Below, piece after piece: positions 38,801 through 52,300 of a stretch of 64,000 nt of DNA (position 1 is its first letter; each line of letters starts with the position of its first letter). Location: NCBI GenBank assembly GCA_964270895.1, contig OZ185446.1; one strand, given 5' to 3'. This DNA is from Podarcis filfolensis. Lineage: Eukaryota. Below the pieces are notes generated by a model. It saw nothing but the letters and a program-made list of their open reading frames with translations, was not told the DNA's origin and ran no database searches. The translations under genes were made by a program, and so were the position numbers.

Positions 38801-41800
38801 TGGATTTTATGCATTTTATGTGTGTTTGTTTTTCACCTTGTCCACACGACATTGCCCTCATCTAAGTAGAAGTCCACACTTCCCTCTGCCATTTAATTCA
38901 GAACTTCCCAATCCATGTGATAATGGGGGGAAATCCAATGTAAACTCAGATGTTACCCAGACACACTGAAGCACATTGTGAGGGCCACTTCTTTTTATGT
39001 GTGTGACAACATTTTGCTGGGTGAACTGCCAACTATTCCTGCACCCCCTACTTTTACTGGTGAGGTTTCCTTGGTGGGCTTTTAGTGGGACTGAGACAGA
39101 GACGCACTTTGGGGGAGGGGGTGAACCCACAAGTGTGGTATATTGGAAAACTTGTATCTCAATAATAATAAATATTGGCCACCCACATAGGTGAACAAAT
39201 CATTGACATGCCCACAGTGGACTTCAGTTTTCCAGAACTCAAGGGGAGGGGTGGGAAAATACTAACTGAGAGGAGGGGACAGCACAGCCCATGAACATAT
39301 CCCATGAAGTGCGGCCCAGAATCATCGAGATGGAGTTCAGCTGAAAGTGCCCATGTATTGATGAATGCACATGGACAGAAGTGCATGTGGACAAATGGTG
39401 TCTGTGTGAGCCATGTGCACATTAACCCTCTGGTCTGTATACCAGTAGTGCCAGTTTCTGCATAGTAGGATTTATCACACACAGCTGTATCAAGGGCAAC
39501 TTGTACCAAAAAGAACTGAATATAAACTAAAAGCATAGCCAAGAAGACATAAGAAATAAATATAATCCACCAACAGGATTCACTCCAGTTGGATCTTTCT
39601 ATCAATTTATTCCCCACAATGAATTCATTCTACGCTACATCTTTATGAAACTTTCCCAGCTATTATGAGACCATGTGTGCAAATGGTTTTAACTTGAAAC
39701 GAGACTTTTAAAAAAGTAGTGTTATGGGTTAATCTAAGGCCGCATTTAGCTTTTTAATGACATCTCATGGATGACAGCCCCACAATTTTGCACATTAGAG
39801 TCACTGAATTGAGTGTAATTTTGTGTGTGAGAGAGGGGGAGAGTAAGGAGAGAGCGCGTGCACACACAATTTGTATATGTTGTGTAAAGGCCAACCTGGG
39901 CAAAGAATTGCAACTGTGACTAGGTCATAGTCAAATTTAGCAGTGTTAAAACAATCTATTCCAGAAAATTCATGACTTCCCAGAATTCAACACACAGCTT
40001 TCAGTAAGCTGTAGAATTATGACTCATTTAGCAGCTTCATTCCTGACCTCATAACAACTGGAGTGAATACCAACAATTGGAGTATAATTACCACAATGAA
40101 GGAAGAAGTACTTGCTATCAAACCATGCGGATGATTTTCTGAAAGGGCAAACTGAACAATCAGCTCATGTAGAGGACCTGGCTTTACTCTAGCAACTGGA
40201 AGCCCTAAAACCAAATTAATTTTTTTCATTAGTACTGTACAAGAGCATCATTAAAGATGGAATGCATTTGAGAGAAACAGCATCACATGAGAAGAGGCAA
40301 AGAGAGACATGATCACACAATGGTTATCAATAAATCAATGGGATGGTTGCCAACAGAGGGACAGGGCTATTCAGATCAGCAAGCACTTGTGCTCCTGAAT
40401 GGGCAAGTTGCTCGTGGGAAGGCTGGGACAAATACCAGCACGAATGCTATACTCCTAGTACAGAAGCAGCAATACTTGGTTCTCATTTTATGCTCCTGCC
40501 GCTTCTCCCTTTCTAACTTAACCCTGGGGCCCCATCAGCCTTCATACCCCTGTAGAAATCACAGGGGAAGAATTAGCCAAATGTTAATTAGGGTCTCTTG
40601 AAATGCTAGCATGTTAGGAGGGAGGGTGGAGGTACAAAATTATGTACTTAATTAAATTAAAACATGCCTGTAAGCTCCTGTAGTTTATGAATACTGGTTG
40701 AAGACAGAGGAAAAGGACAGTTCTGGTAAAACATCAGGAAAAAGCAAGCTGATAATGGTGCAGAAATTACTTCCTTCAGAGGCAGGAATCTGGGGCTGCT
40801 GAAGAAAAGGGTTGAAAGTTAAGCATCAGGTAAAAGGAAGGTAGTTTGACCATTACTCTGGTAGCACAATCTTATAAGTTAAGCCAATGTTTCTCAAGCT
40901 TGCGCCCCCAGGTGTTGTTGGACTACAACTCCCATCAACCCTGACCACTAGTCCTGCTAGCTAGGGATGATGGGCATTGTAGTCCAACAACACCAGGGTA
41001 CCAAAGTCTGAGAAAGGTTATTCCAGGATCTCAGGCAGGATTTTCCTTTATCAGATCCGGAGGATCTGTGGCCCTCCAGATGTTGTTGGACTTCAACTCC
41101 CACCATCCCTGACCATTGACCAGGCTCACAGGGGCTGGTCAGAGCTGGAGACCACCAGCACTGCTCACAGTAGACAGCACCTTCAAAGGGAAACATCAGT
41201 TGGTGAGGAGAGGGGGCAGAATAAGAGTTCAGCCTGGCCTGAATCCAGATCAAAAGCACATACTGGGTCATGGATTGGCAGCTGCCTTTTCTTCAGACTG
41301 AAAATGGCCAGTTTAAGCATGTACTCTTAAGAAGTGTGAAGAACACAATGTGTAATTTGAAGACGCACTTCCAGGTTTTGTACACATTTTCCTACCATGT
41401 TCCTCACAGTGTCTTAAAATGACAGACTATTAAGAAGTGAATTTGATGTGCTATCACACACCCATTATAACCCACAGAGAGCAAGGGATTTCCATGTTCA
41501 GTTATACTGATAGGAGCATGAATGATGCCCTCAAGTCTTACCCATCTCCACCAGTCGGCGAATTCACAAGTGAGGGTGCAAGAGGGAGTCGGTGGACTGC
41601 ATCAGCCCCTCCTATTATGACAAGCACCTTCCTGCCATCTATTTTCAAGCCTGATGGAAAGAGAAGACACAAATATGTCAGACTAGTGAAGATGATACAC
41701 AAATGGCCTTGAGGTCTTTGTCCAGGAACATTGATTTCCCCCAATACTTAAGTGAATTGTGATTCTAAGTACTATAGCCGGTGATGTTATTCTGTCAGAG

Positions 41801-44800
41801 AACAGAAGTTTGCATGATGGATGCCTTGCTTGCCATTTGAACCCATTTTGTCTTTTGTTATTTCAAAGCTAGTTCTGGACTAGTCTGAGGGAAGGCCCTG
41901 TGGCAGTATCTATTTAGGCCCCCTGTGAGTTTCTATGGTGTGGGTCTGGGAAGCCGGCAGCCATTTTAATAATAAAATGGCCGAGATTTTAAGTCCCCAC
42001 AATGCCTTGGATGGATACTATGTGAACCAGCCCAGGGCACTGATGGGAAATTTAATATGGTGGTCCTCTTCCATTTGTTGTTTAAAAACTAAAGTGGGGG
42101 AGCAGGTGGGCCAAGCTGTGGTGGTCAGCTCTGATGGACTCTGCTGAAATGCTAAGCACTGTCTTTAGTCCTCTACCATCATGACTGATTGTTATTGGGG
42201 TTTTTTGACCCAAGCAGATAGCAGGACAAATAAAGCAACAGGCCACCACCAACTCTTAAACTTGTCCATCTTCTCACAAAATGACCACATCCAGACCAGT
42301 GCACTTCATTTTTCTCCTTCATTGTTCCAGTATTTTTCTTCACATACGTGCATTGCAATATTAACACAGTTGTGTGCCATGTAAAAAACATTACATAAGA
42401 CAGTTTCTTTTTTAAAACACCACACATCCCGGAATGGATATTAGAGAAATTTATACCCCGCCCATCTGGCTGGGTTTCTCCAGCCACTCTTGGCGGCTTC
42501 CAACAAAATATTAAAATACAATAGTCTGTCAAACATTAAAAGCTTCCCTAAATAGGGCTGCCTTCAAATGTCTTCTAAAAGTTGTTTTTCTCTTTGACAG
42601 CTGGTGGGAGGGCGTTCCACAAGGCGGGTGCCACTACCAAGAAGGCCCTCTGCCTGGTTCCCTGTAACTTCACTTCTCGCAGGGAGGGAACCGCCAGAAG
42701 GCCCTCAGAGCTGGACCTCAGTGTCCAGGCAGAATGATGGGGGTAGAGACCCTCCTTCAGGTATACTGGGTCGAGGCCGTTTAGGGCTTTAAAGATCAGC
42801 ACCAACACTTTGAATTGTGCTTGGAAACGTACTGGGAGCCAATGTAGGTCTTTCAAGACCGGTGTTATGTGCTCTCGGCAGCCGCTTCCAGTCACCAGCC
42901 TAGCTGCCGCATTCTGTATTAGTTGTAGTTTCTGGGTCACCTTCAAAGGTAGTCCCACGTAGAGTACATTGCAGTAGTCCAAGCAGGAGATAACTAGAGC
43001 ATGCACCACTCTGGCGAGACAGTCTGCGGACAGGGAAGGTCTCAGCCTGCGTACCAGATGGAGCTATGGGTAGCTTCCACTAAAAGAAGCTAGCAATATT
43101 ATCAAGCTGTCAACTTGAATACATGTATCAATACACTTGAATGCCTGTAGCAATACAGAATGAAGGCTAAGGTTAAGGTTAAGGGTCCAGAAGTGACAGC
43201 AGTGGGATTAGACAGAGATTTCTGCTCCAATCACACAAAAGCTTGTGGCTGTGGGTGTGCATGCGTCCATACCTCAGTGCTTTGCATGCAGGAGGTTTCA
43301 GGTTCAGTCCCCCAAACCTCCAGGTAAAGGATTTTAGGTGGCAGAGATGGGAAAATCTCGACTTTACACCCTTCAGAGAGCCGCTAGCATAACCATGCAA
43401 TCCTGTCCATGTCCCATTTCAGTGGGGCGTCATCATACACAAGTAGGGATAGAATTGGTCTTCGTTTACTCACTCAAAATGAAGCATGTGTCATTTAGTG
43501 AGTGTAGAATCTATTTTAAAAGGGAATGCAGAATGAGACCACCACTATGGAGGTTTTCTAGTCGATTCACAATCCCTCACTCATCACTAATAATAATATT
43601 TTTGTGGGACCTTTTATTTTTTATAGATGTATTTTATTGGTTTGTTTACTGTAATGGGTTTTAGTGTTTATACTGTGTTGTAAGCCACTTTGAGGGATGG
43701 TGGGTGGCGCTGTGGGTAAAAGCCTCAGCGCCTAGGGCTTGCCGATCGAAAGGTCGGCGGTTCGAATCCCCGCGGCGGGGTGCGCTCCCATCGTTCGGTC
43801 CCAGCGCCTGTCAACCTAGCAGTTCGAAAGCACCCCCGGGTGCAAGTAGATAAATAGGGACCGCTTACTGGCGGGAAGGTAAACGGCGTTTCCGTGTGTT
43901 GCGCTGGCTCGCCAGATGCAGCTTTGTCACGCTGGCCACATGACCCTGAAGTGTCTCCGGACAGCGCTGGCCCCGGCCTCTTAAGTGAGATGGGCGCACA
44001 ACCCTAGAATCTGTCAAGACTGGCCCGTACGGGCAGCGGTACCTTTACCTTTAAGCCACTTTGAGTCACTTTTGCGAGTAAACTGACAAAATAGTAATTA
44101 ACTCACCTGGGGTGAGTTGTTCCTCTAGAATTTGATACGGCGATAGATAAAATTCAAGGTTCATAGGGCTTCCTATAGAATTTTAGAAAATGAGATGGAT
44201 TAAACAGAAAAAGCACATAACGGATAGTAAGGTAAGCTATGTAAGCCTAGGATGTTTGATCCCCTTCATCGTTTTTGTTTGCTTCCAATGCAAAGGACTC
44301 AATACCCCAGGGCCATATTGTGCGACAGGGGACCCAGACAACTGTTTGGGGTTGCAAGGAGATTGTTGTGGAGAGCTAGCTATCACCTCAACAGTTTAAA
44401 CATATAAAACAAGTAAGTTCCTTTGTATAAATCACAGAATTGTAGCATTGGAATGGACCACTTGGGTCATCTAGTCCAACTCCCTTTAATGCAGGAATCT
44501 AATCTAGATTCCTTAGATTAAGAATCTAATCTAATGCTCTACCAACTAAGCTATCACTCCTAGGATGAAATTTCTTCCTGATAAATCATGCATACAATTC
44601 ATGCACAAATATTGAGGAGCAAGCTGCAGGACACCCTAAAATAAAGTACAGTGGTACCTCGTGTTAAGAACTGAAGTTGTTCTGGAGGTCCGTTCTTAAC
44701 CTGAAACTGTTCTTAACCTGAGGTACCACTTTAGCTAATGGGGCCTCCCGTTGCCGCCACACGATTTCTGTTCTCATCCTGAAGCAAAGTTCTTAACCTG

Positions 44801-47800
44801 AGGTACTATTTCTGGGTTAGCAGAGTCTGTAACCTAAAGTGTCTGTAACCTGATGCATCTGTAACCTGAGGTACCACTGCATTTAAGAAGGTTGAACAAA
44901 TGGGGGGAGCCGCCCCAAGAGATGCTCCAAAGTGCCATTTTGGGACAACTCTGCTAGAAGCAGCTGCACACGGTCAAGTAACTACCAAAGATAAGAAGAG
45001 TTATAGGCAGAAGAAAAAGGCATTGGGGGAAGCAGTGGCCCAATGATCGGACACCCAGGAAATCACTAGCTGGTCTTGGTTTTAACTTTTAAGGCAGTTG
45101 TGCAGAAAGTGCACAGTTTGATCCTTTATCATCATCTAATACATGGATCACACACACACAGCCGCAACAGGACTAGCACCTTATCAGGAAAAATAAGTGA
45201 GATGGGGGGGGGGAGCAGCATTACTCATAAACAAGGAGAAGTGTATGTGCAAAGGGACCAAAACGCAAGGAGGAACTAGTCAGGACCTCTCCTCTATTTT
45301 CACAGCTACCTAGAAAAAGACTCGGGGACAGGAAAGGGGTTGTACACACTCACGTTGGTCTCACCGTCATCTCTAGTCAAAAAGCGGTTTTGGAGCACAA
45401 AGTCCTGTAAGTGGGAACCTCGGGTTACGTACCATCCTCCTTACGAACGCTTTGGGTAACAAGCGCCGCTAACCCGGAAGTAGATGTTCCTGGTTGTGAA
45501 CTTTGCCCCGGGATGTGAGCGGAAGTCGCACGCCGGCAGCGCAGCAGCAGCGGGAGGCGCCATTAGCGAAAGTGCGCCTATGAACAGTTTCAGGTTAAGA
45601 ACAGACCTCTGGAACGAATTAAGTTCGTAACCGGAGGTACCACTGTACTACAAACAACAATGCCTCTGTCATACATGCTACCTACAAAGTCACCGGAAAT
45701 ACCCAAATCATAGTAATACCCAAGGTTTTACTGTTCTTTAGCATTCTTAAATTATGCTTGGCTACCATGATCACACAGATATCTACTTCAGTCTGAAGAA
45801 AGAAAGAAAAATCAGTTACCTCCACTTCTTGGGTTCAGATAGCCAACTTTTCCACATAGTATTTCAGTGACTCTGTCCATACCTGGTGTTCTGTTTTTAA
45901 AGTATATACAGTAATCAGTGAGATCAAGCATGCACTTAAATGCCTTAAAATATTTATTATTATTATTACGGCAACCTTAGGCTGGAGTGCAAACATTTGA
46001 ACTTGCACCTTTCCCACCACTGACACCTACCTGCTCAAAGCAGACAGTGAGCAGAGGTCTTTTTCCAAAGCCAGGAAGGCAGCAAACACCTTGGATTTTG
46101 TTTCACTAGAAAAGAAAGACCTTATTGGAGGAAGGGAGTTTTATATACAATATAATAATTTAAGTAATGTAATTAAGTTGCAACAAACATACCTGCTTCC
46201 TGGAATCTGATAAATATTTAACATGTCTGCTAGCATGTTTCCAAAGGCATCAAAATTTTCCATTCTAAAGAGCAAAATACATGCAACAATTGTCAGTGCT
46301 GATAAGGCAAAGAGAGCCATCTAGCCAATATTTGGGAAAACACCACCACCGAAGTGAATCTGATATTGGCAGCATTGCGCTACCATCAAACAAGACATCT
46401 AAAAAGCAGCTAAATAACTTTGGAAAGTGGCTCAAATTGGTCCTGGATGGAGGGCAGGCAGGGATGGAAGCAACAGTTATCAGAACTATCTATTCATTTT
46501 TACCTCAACCACAGAAAACGATATGGGAGCAGTGGCAAAGGATTTTTATTTTATGAAATTAAAAATTTAAAAATTGTGTGTGTTAAAAATCCACCTAGCG
46601 CATATGTACCTTAGAAGCTGCAAAAGATCTTCACAGGTCTAGAAGATGAAAGAACAGAGGTTATGGTTTTCTAAAGAGGGGCACTATTTTCTTAAAAACA
46701 AAGCAGAAAGGAGAAATGACATAAGCCGAACCTTAGTCAACACGAAACCTTAGCAGACACTACGAGGAATATCCAAGGATGTTTTTCCCAAGATCTATTC
46801 AGGAACAGTCACTTTTGGCTGTAAACCAGAATCTATAAAGGCATATATTTCCTACTCTTCTCCCACCCGTAGTTGGAGTGTGACTGCATCATCTTGAAAG
46901 CCCTTGGGGTCCCTTCCAACTCCACAATTCTATGATTCTATGTTAAAACGCCCCCCCCCCGATGCACCATGTGCTTCACTGCATCCACATATTGCATTTA
47001 CTTCCTTTATTGGACTACCCCTCCAGACTAGGAAAATTCAAATTTAACGGGGGAAATTGTGGGCTAGCAGTTGGATGAGGACATTATGTGAATGAGGAAC
47101 AACCAGCTTCAAACCCACATTAAGTTCCCCATGTGGACGAGCCCATAGTTGCTACCTCATGTCAAGCAGTCTCATCAGATGGGGACAAATTAAGGAGAAA
47201 TGGTCACCCAGCTATAAGGAAATTTAACAGTCCTTGTGCAATTATTTTGCAGTTCAGCTTTTGTGAATGAAACTGCTATTCCCACAAATTTTGCAATTAC
47301 AACTGCAGATGTTTAGTTTGGTTGTAGCAGCAACAGCGTAAGTGTTATAACTAATGTAAAGTTGTCCCTTTGACTTAGATGCAAGTATCTCACTTGCTCC
47401 ACAGGGTTTATTATGAAGCTATAGATATTTCAGAAGAACTAGAAAAGCAGGATTATATTTCATCAGATCAGAACACCCAAAGGAAAACAACTTAAAATTA
47501 CCAGGGGTTTTTTCCCAGGGTGAGCCAACCTGACATCCACCACTTTTCCATCCTTCTCCAGGTGAATCTCAATGTAGAAGGATTTGGATGTTATATAGCA
47601 AACTGCCCCACTGGGGCTCACATAATAATTAAGTCTACAGAGGAAAGAAGGAAGAAGAAAAAATGCATTGCTTATTTAAAAGTTACAGTGTGCAACGGAA
47701 GCCTAGCAGGGCTGGCCCAAGACATTTTGGCACCTGAAGTGAATGACAAAATGGTGTCCCTCTCCCCACCAGGAAGGAAGGGTGAGTGAAGATCTACATC

Positions 47801-49264
47801 AGGAACAAAGTGATGAGGACTAAATATCGACAGAGTGGCTAGAGAAACCCAGCCAGATGAGCCATGTTATGTACTGAAGTTCTCACCCTGGGCCAGCAGG
47901 GGGATACTGTAGATAGTTCAGGTCCACATATGCAAATAAGGGATTGAAAGTGACATTCAGTGATTGGCTAGTTACAGAAAATGGTTACTGCTGCGTTCTA
48001 GTGGAGCTTTATATAAGCAGGCTGGCTGAACCCTTCAGTTCAGTTCTGTTCTGGGTCTGTGAATAAAGAAGAGCTGTTTGAAGAATCGCTGTGTCGTCTG
48101 ATATGTACACCCACAACTTAACAGGTCAGGTATAAATTACTACTACTTCTACTACTACTACTACCATCTGTTGCTGCTGCCCCTGTGGATCCTGCCACCT
48201 GAGGCAGGATGCCTCACTTGCTGCACGGATGGGCTGACCCCGAATGCAAACTTTTTTCTTCATTGTGGTTGATGTATACGGGTTCTACAGAAAGGAGTGT
48301 TTGCACCCAGCTTTCCAAATGGCTGTGTTTCAGTTCCTGAATAAACGTCAGCAGCAGCAGCAGGTCTGTACATCAGTGGAAGACCACATGCTTTGGACTG
48401 AACCCCCCACCCCACCCCAGGTTCAGCTTCCAACATCTCCAGGGCTGGGAAAGGCAGATGCTGCAAGGCAACTCAGAGATCAAAATACTAATAGCTGGAT
48501 TTGGCATAAAGCAACTTCCTACTCCTGCATTTTCTGAAATGCCACTTTGTAGTGGAATTTATCTACGCTTTGTCAAGAGGCTGAGGTGAAGTAGTAATCA
48601 TTTCACAGGCCCAAGTATGGGAAATGTCCCAAAACATTCTGCCCGAGGGGAACTCCTGAACTGCTCATGCTCATCTCTTTCAAGGATATCACAGGAAAAT
48701 GGCAGTAAGCTGCAGCTTAGAGGATGCATTAGCCACTGAATACACCGAATGGCATGTACGCATGTCATGTGAAAATTATACAGCCATAGAAACATACCTA
48801 GCAGTCCCACTGCTGCGGGAAGTGAAGAGAGCGTATTTAGTAGATGCAGAGTATACTTACCCCTTTCGATTTGACAAAAGTGACAGCTTGTTCATTGTTG
48901 CAGCCAAAGGTCCTGCTGCACACATGAAAAAATAGGGAATAAGGTTCCATCACACAGAATCAATGTGTTCAATAAAAGCAGTCAACAGATCCCATACATT
49001 TAAGAGCAAAAGACCAAAGATTCTTGCTTAATTGTGCTATATTGCTCATCGTACCTTTTGTAAAAGGAAGGCATCTAGAACCCAAAAACACATTCGTTGC
49101 ACAAGATGACAAGACAGAAGCTAGACATCATTTCCATCAAACATAACAGAAAATTAGGCAATCCTAGAGTTGATTACCGTGCAAGGTTCTTTGTATTTTC
49201 TCAAGGCAAATAGATATGGGAGACTCTGATGTCTTACTCGAAGTCCAAGAATGTTTGTCCTCAC

Positions 49265-49325
<61 letters not shown>

Positions 49326-52300
49326 TTGTATCATATAATCACATGCACATGCATCATATAATCACATGCAAGTCAGAAAATTGGCTGGTATGTTCAAAGC
49401 AAAATAGGGAATTCAGCACTCTCAGTCAGGCCTCCTATATCTTGACCTTCATTGCCCCCTTTGGGGTGCCAGATCACAATGCTGCAGCAGCAGTGGAAGC
49501 TACAACTGGCAGAAGACATCCCCCCCACCAGGCTTTATAACAGACCAAGTAACCCCACATCCCAGTATCAGCTGGGGGTGGATTGGAAAAAAGATAAAAT
49601 CAAATGGGGAAAATTTGCCTATTCAATTTTTCAATCCGTAAGGGATTGATTAGCTTTGCAATTACAAAGCATTACAACACTGCCATTTTTATTTTCCATT
49701 CTGACCATGGAATTTGCATCACTCTCCCAATACCACACACAAACTGTCCATTTAATTGCATTTAGTTTCATCCTCGATAATCACAATCAATCAGTATTTT
49801 TGGGAAGTTAAGAATCCCCTCCATTATTCCCACCTAGAGCCATCTTGCCAAAGTTCCCCCTTCAGAGTTATCCATCCAAGTTCAAAGTGGAGATGACAGG
49901 GCAGTAAAATAGCAACCTCACATGTTAAACTTTGGCCCGTCAGGCAGAAAATAAGATGGAAGACCTATACACACAATGACTCACTTTCCCTTCTACTTCC
50001 AATTATTCTCCTCAAGAAAGCATAAAAAAAAAGTTTCTCCCACATTACTCCTCCCCAACAGAACTGATTTCATTACAATTCTTACCATGGAGAGACGAAC
50101 CAGTTCCATAGTTTCACTCCACGGCTTCTGTGAGAATTTTAGACGTAGCTTTTCCATTATGTCATTTGCAGACCCAGATTTCGCAGGATCTGGAAGAAGT
50201 TAAGAGTTTAATTAGCTGAGGGTGTGGAAAACCTTTTTCAGTTCAAGGGCCACAGTTCCTTGCTTGAAGCCTCCTGGGGGCCATGGGCCAGAAGCAAAAG
50301 AGGGTGGAGGAAGAAATGGGAGTAGGCTGGTGTCTTCACCTTCCCTAGATCCCTCTTCATCTTCCATGGAAGCCAGAAGCTTTCTCACAGTTGAAGGAAG
50401 CATTCCACTCAGCAAAACCCTCCAACGGGCTGGGCAAAGGGTGTAGTTTGGGAGGCTGTCTGGCTTAGGGAGATTTGAGGGCCAGATGAGAGGCTCAAGG
50501 TCCCATTTGGTCCCTGGGCTCAAGGTTCCCCACCCCTGATATAGCAAAACAGCCAACTATTACATGACTTCAATGAACAGCCCACACTGCAACAATAGTC
50601 ACTTTAAATTAGGACTATTTAGTCCCAGATGGGTGAGATATTTCAGATTAACTGGCTCATGAACTTGGCTACAATATAGGTACTAATATTAATGGACCTG
50701 TGTTTGGCTTAAATCCCACTCTTCCACCTGTTGAATGTCATAATCTGAAACCCACAACTATTTTAAAAGTTCAGTTTTATATCTTAAGTGTCTTTGACAT
50801 TAAATCAAGATACACACCCACACCCCCCCATATATCATTCTATTTTTTTTTAAAAGATTTTTATTAAAGTTTTACAAAAAAGAAAAATAGAAATTCACAG
50901 AATAAAAAACCATAAATTACAGAAAAAAGAAACACACAAAAGAGAAAAAAAAGAAAAAAATACAGAAAGAAAAACACAACTAATTAAGAAAAATTACATT
51001 TGAACAAAGAAAAAATAAAACCATTCCATTTTTCCAATAACCTCAATTTCATATGCTTATGTTCTTGACCTCCTCGCACCTTCCCCTTTTTGTATTCCCA
51101 TTCAAATATTTAATTCAGCAAATTCTTACCCTTTATCAAATGTTTAAACTTTGTGCCATAACATATACTATATCCCTATTTTTCAACCAATTATCAATAC
51201 CTTTTTTGCATAATCTTAATAACTTTTATCACTAATTACCACTTATTGCCCATCCAAGCACATTTTTAACACTCATTAATTTTATAATATTTCTGAAGAT
51301 AGTCTTTGAATTTCTTCCAGTCTTCTTCCACCAACTCTTCTCCCAGGTCTCGGATTCTGTCAGTCATTTCCGCCAATTCCATATAGTCTATCAGCTTCAT
51401 CTGCCATTCTTCCAGGGTGGGTAGCTCTTGTGTCTTCCAATACTTTGCGATGAGAATTCTTGCTGCTGTTGTTGCGTACATAAAGAAATTTCTATCTTTC
51501 TTTGGCACCAGTTGGCCCACCATGCCCAAGAGAAAGGCCTCTGGCTTCTTAAGGAATGTATATCTAAAGATTTTTTTCATTTCGTTATATATCATCTCCC
51601 AGAAAGCCTTAATCTTTGGGCATGTCCACCAAAGGTGAAAGAATGTTCCTTCACTTTCTTTACACTTCCAACATTTATTGTCAGGCAAATGGTAGATTTT
51701 TGCAAGCTTGACTGGTGTCATGTACCACCTGTATATCATTTTCATAATATTCTCTCTTAGGGCATTACATGCCGTAAATTTCATACCTGTGGTCCACAAC
51801 CGTTCCCAGTCAGCAAACATGATGTTATGACCAACATCTTGTGCCCATTTAATCATAGCAGATTTAACTGTTTCATCCTGCGTATTCCATTTTAGCAGCA
51901 AGTTATACATTCTTGAAAGTATTTTAGTTTTGGGTTCTAACAACTCAGTTTCCAATTTTGATTTTTCCACCTGGAAACCTATTTTTTTATCCATGTTATA
52001 GGCTTCTCTTATTTGAAAATAGTGCAGCCAATCTCGCACCTTATCTTTTAATTTCTCAAAACTCTGCAATTTCAATTTATCTCCTTCTTGTTCCAGTATT
52101 TCCCAATATTTCGGCCATTTGGCCTCCATATTGGACTTTTTAAGTGCCTTTGCCTCCATTGGTGACAACCACCTTGGGGTTTTGTTCTCCAGTAAGTCTT
52201 TATATCTTAACCAGACGTTAAACAATGCTTTCCTGACAATATGATTTTTAAATGCTTTATGAGCTTTGACCTTGTCATACCACAGATATGCATGCCACCC

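Noticed and set aside
26024-43790. tRNA genes suggested by A/B-box-like sequences (~13150, 26030, 37060, 43700)
   Set aside because: They run into SINE bodies and lack a complete cloverleaf; these are tRNA-derived SINE heads.
45820-45882. Alternative exon 9 acceptor (caccag|gt) giving a 63-nt exon
   Set aside because: Incompatible with the phase-2 end of exon 8; the upstream AG at 45891-45892 restores the frame.
49229-49540. ORF with an RERERE repeat
   Set aside because: Translation of the (AG)25 microsatellite, antisense to MED1-like exon 3.
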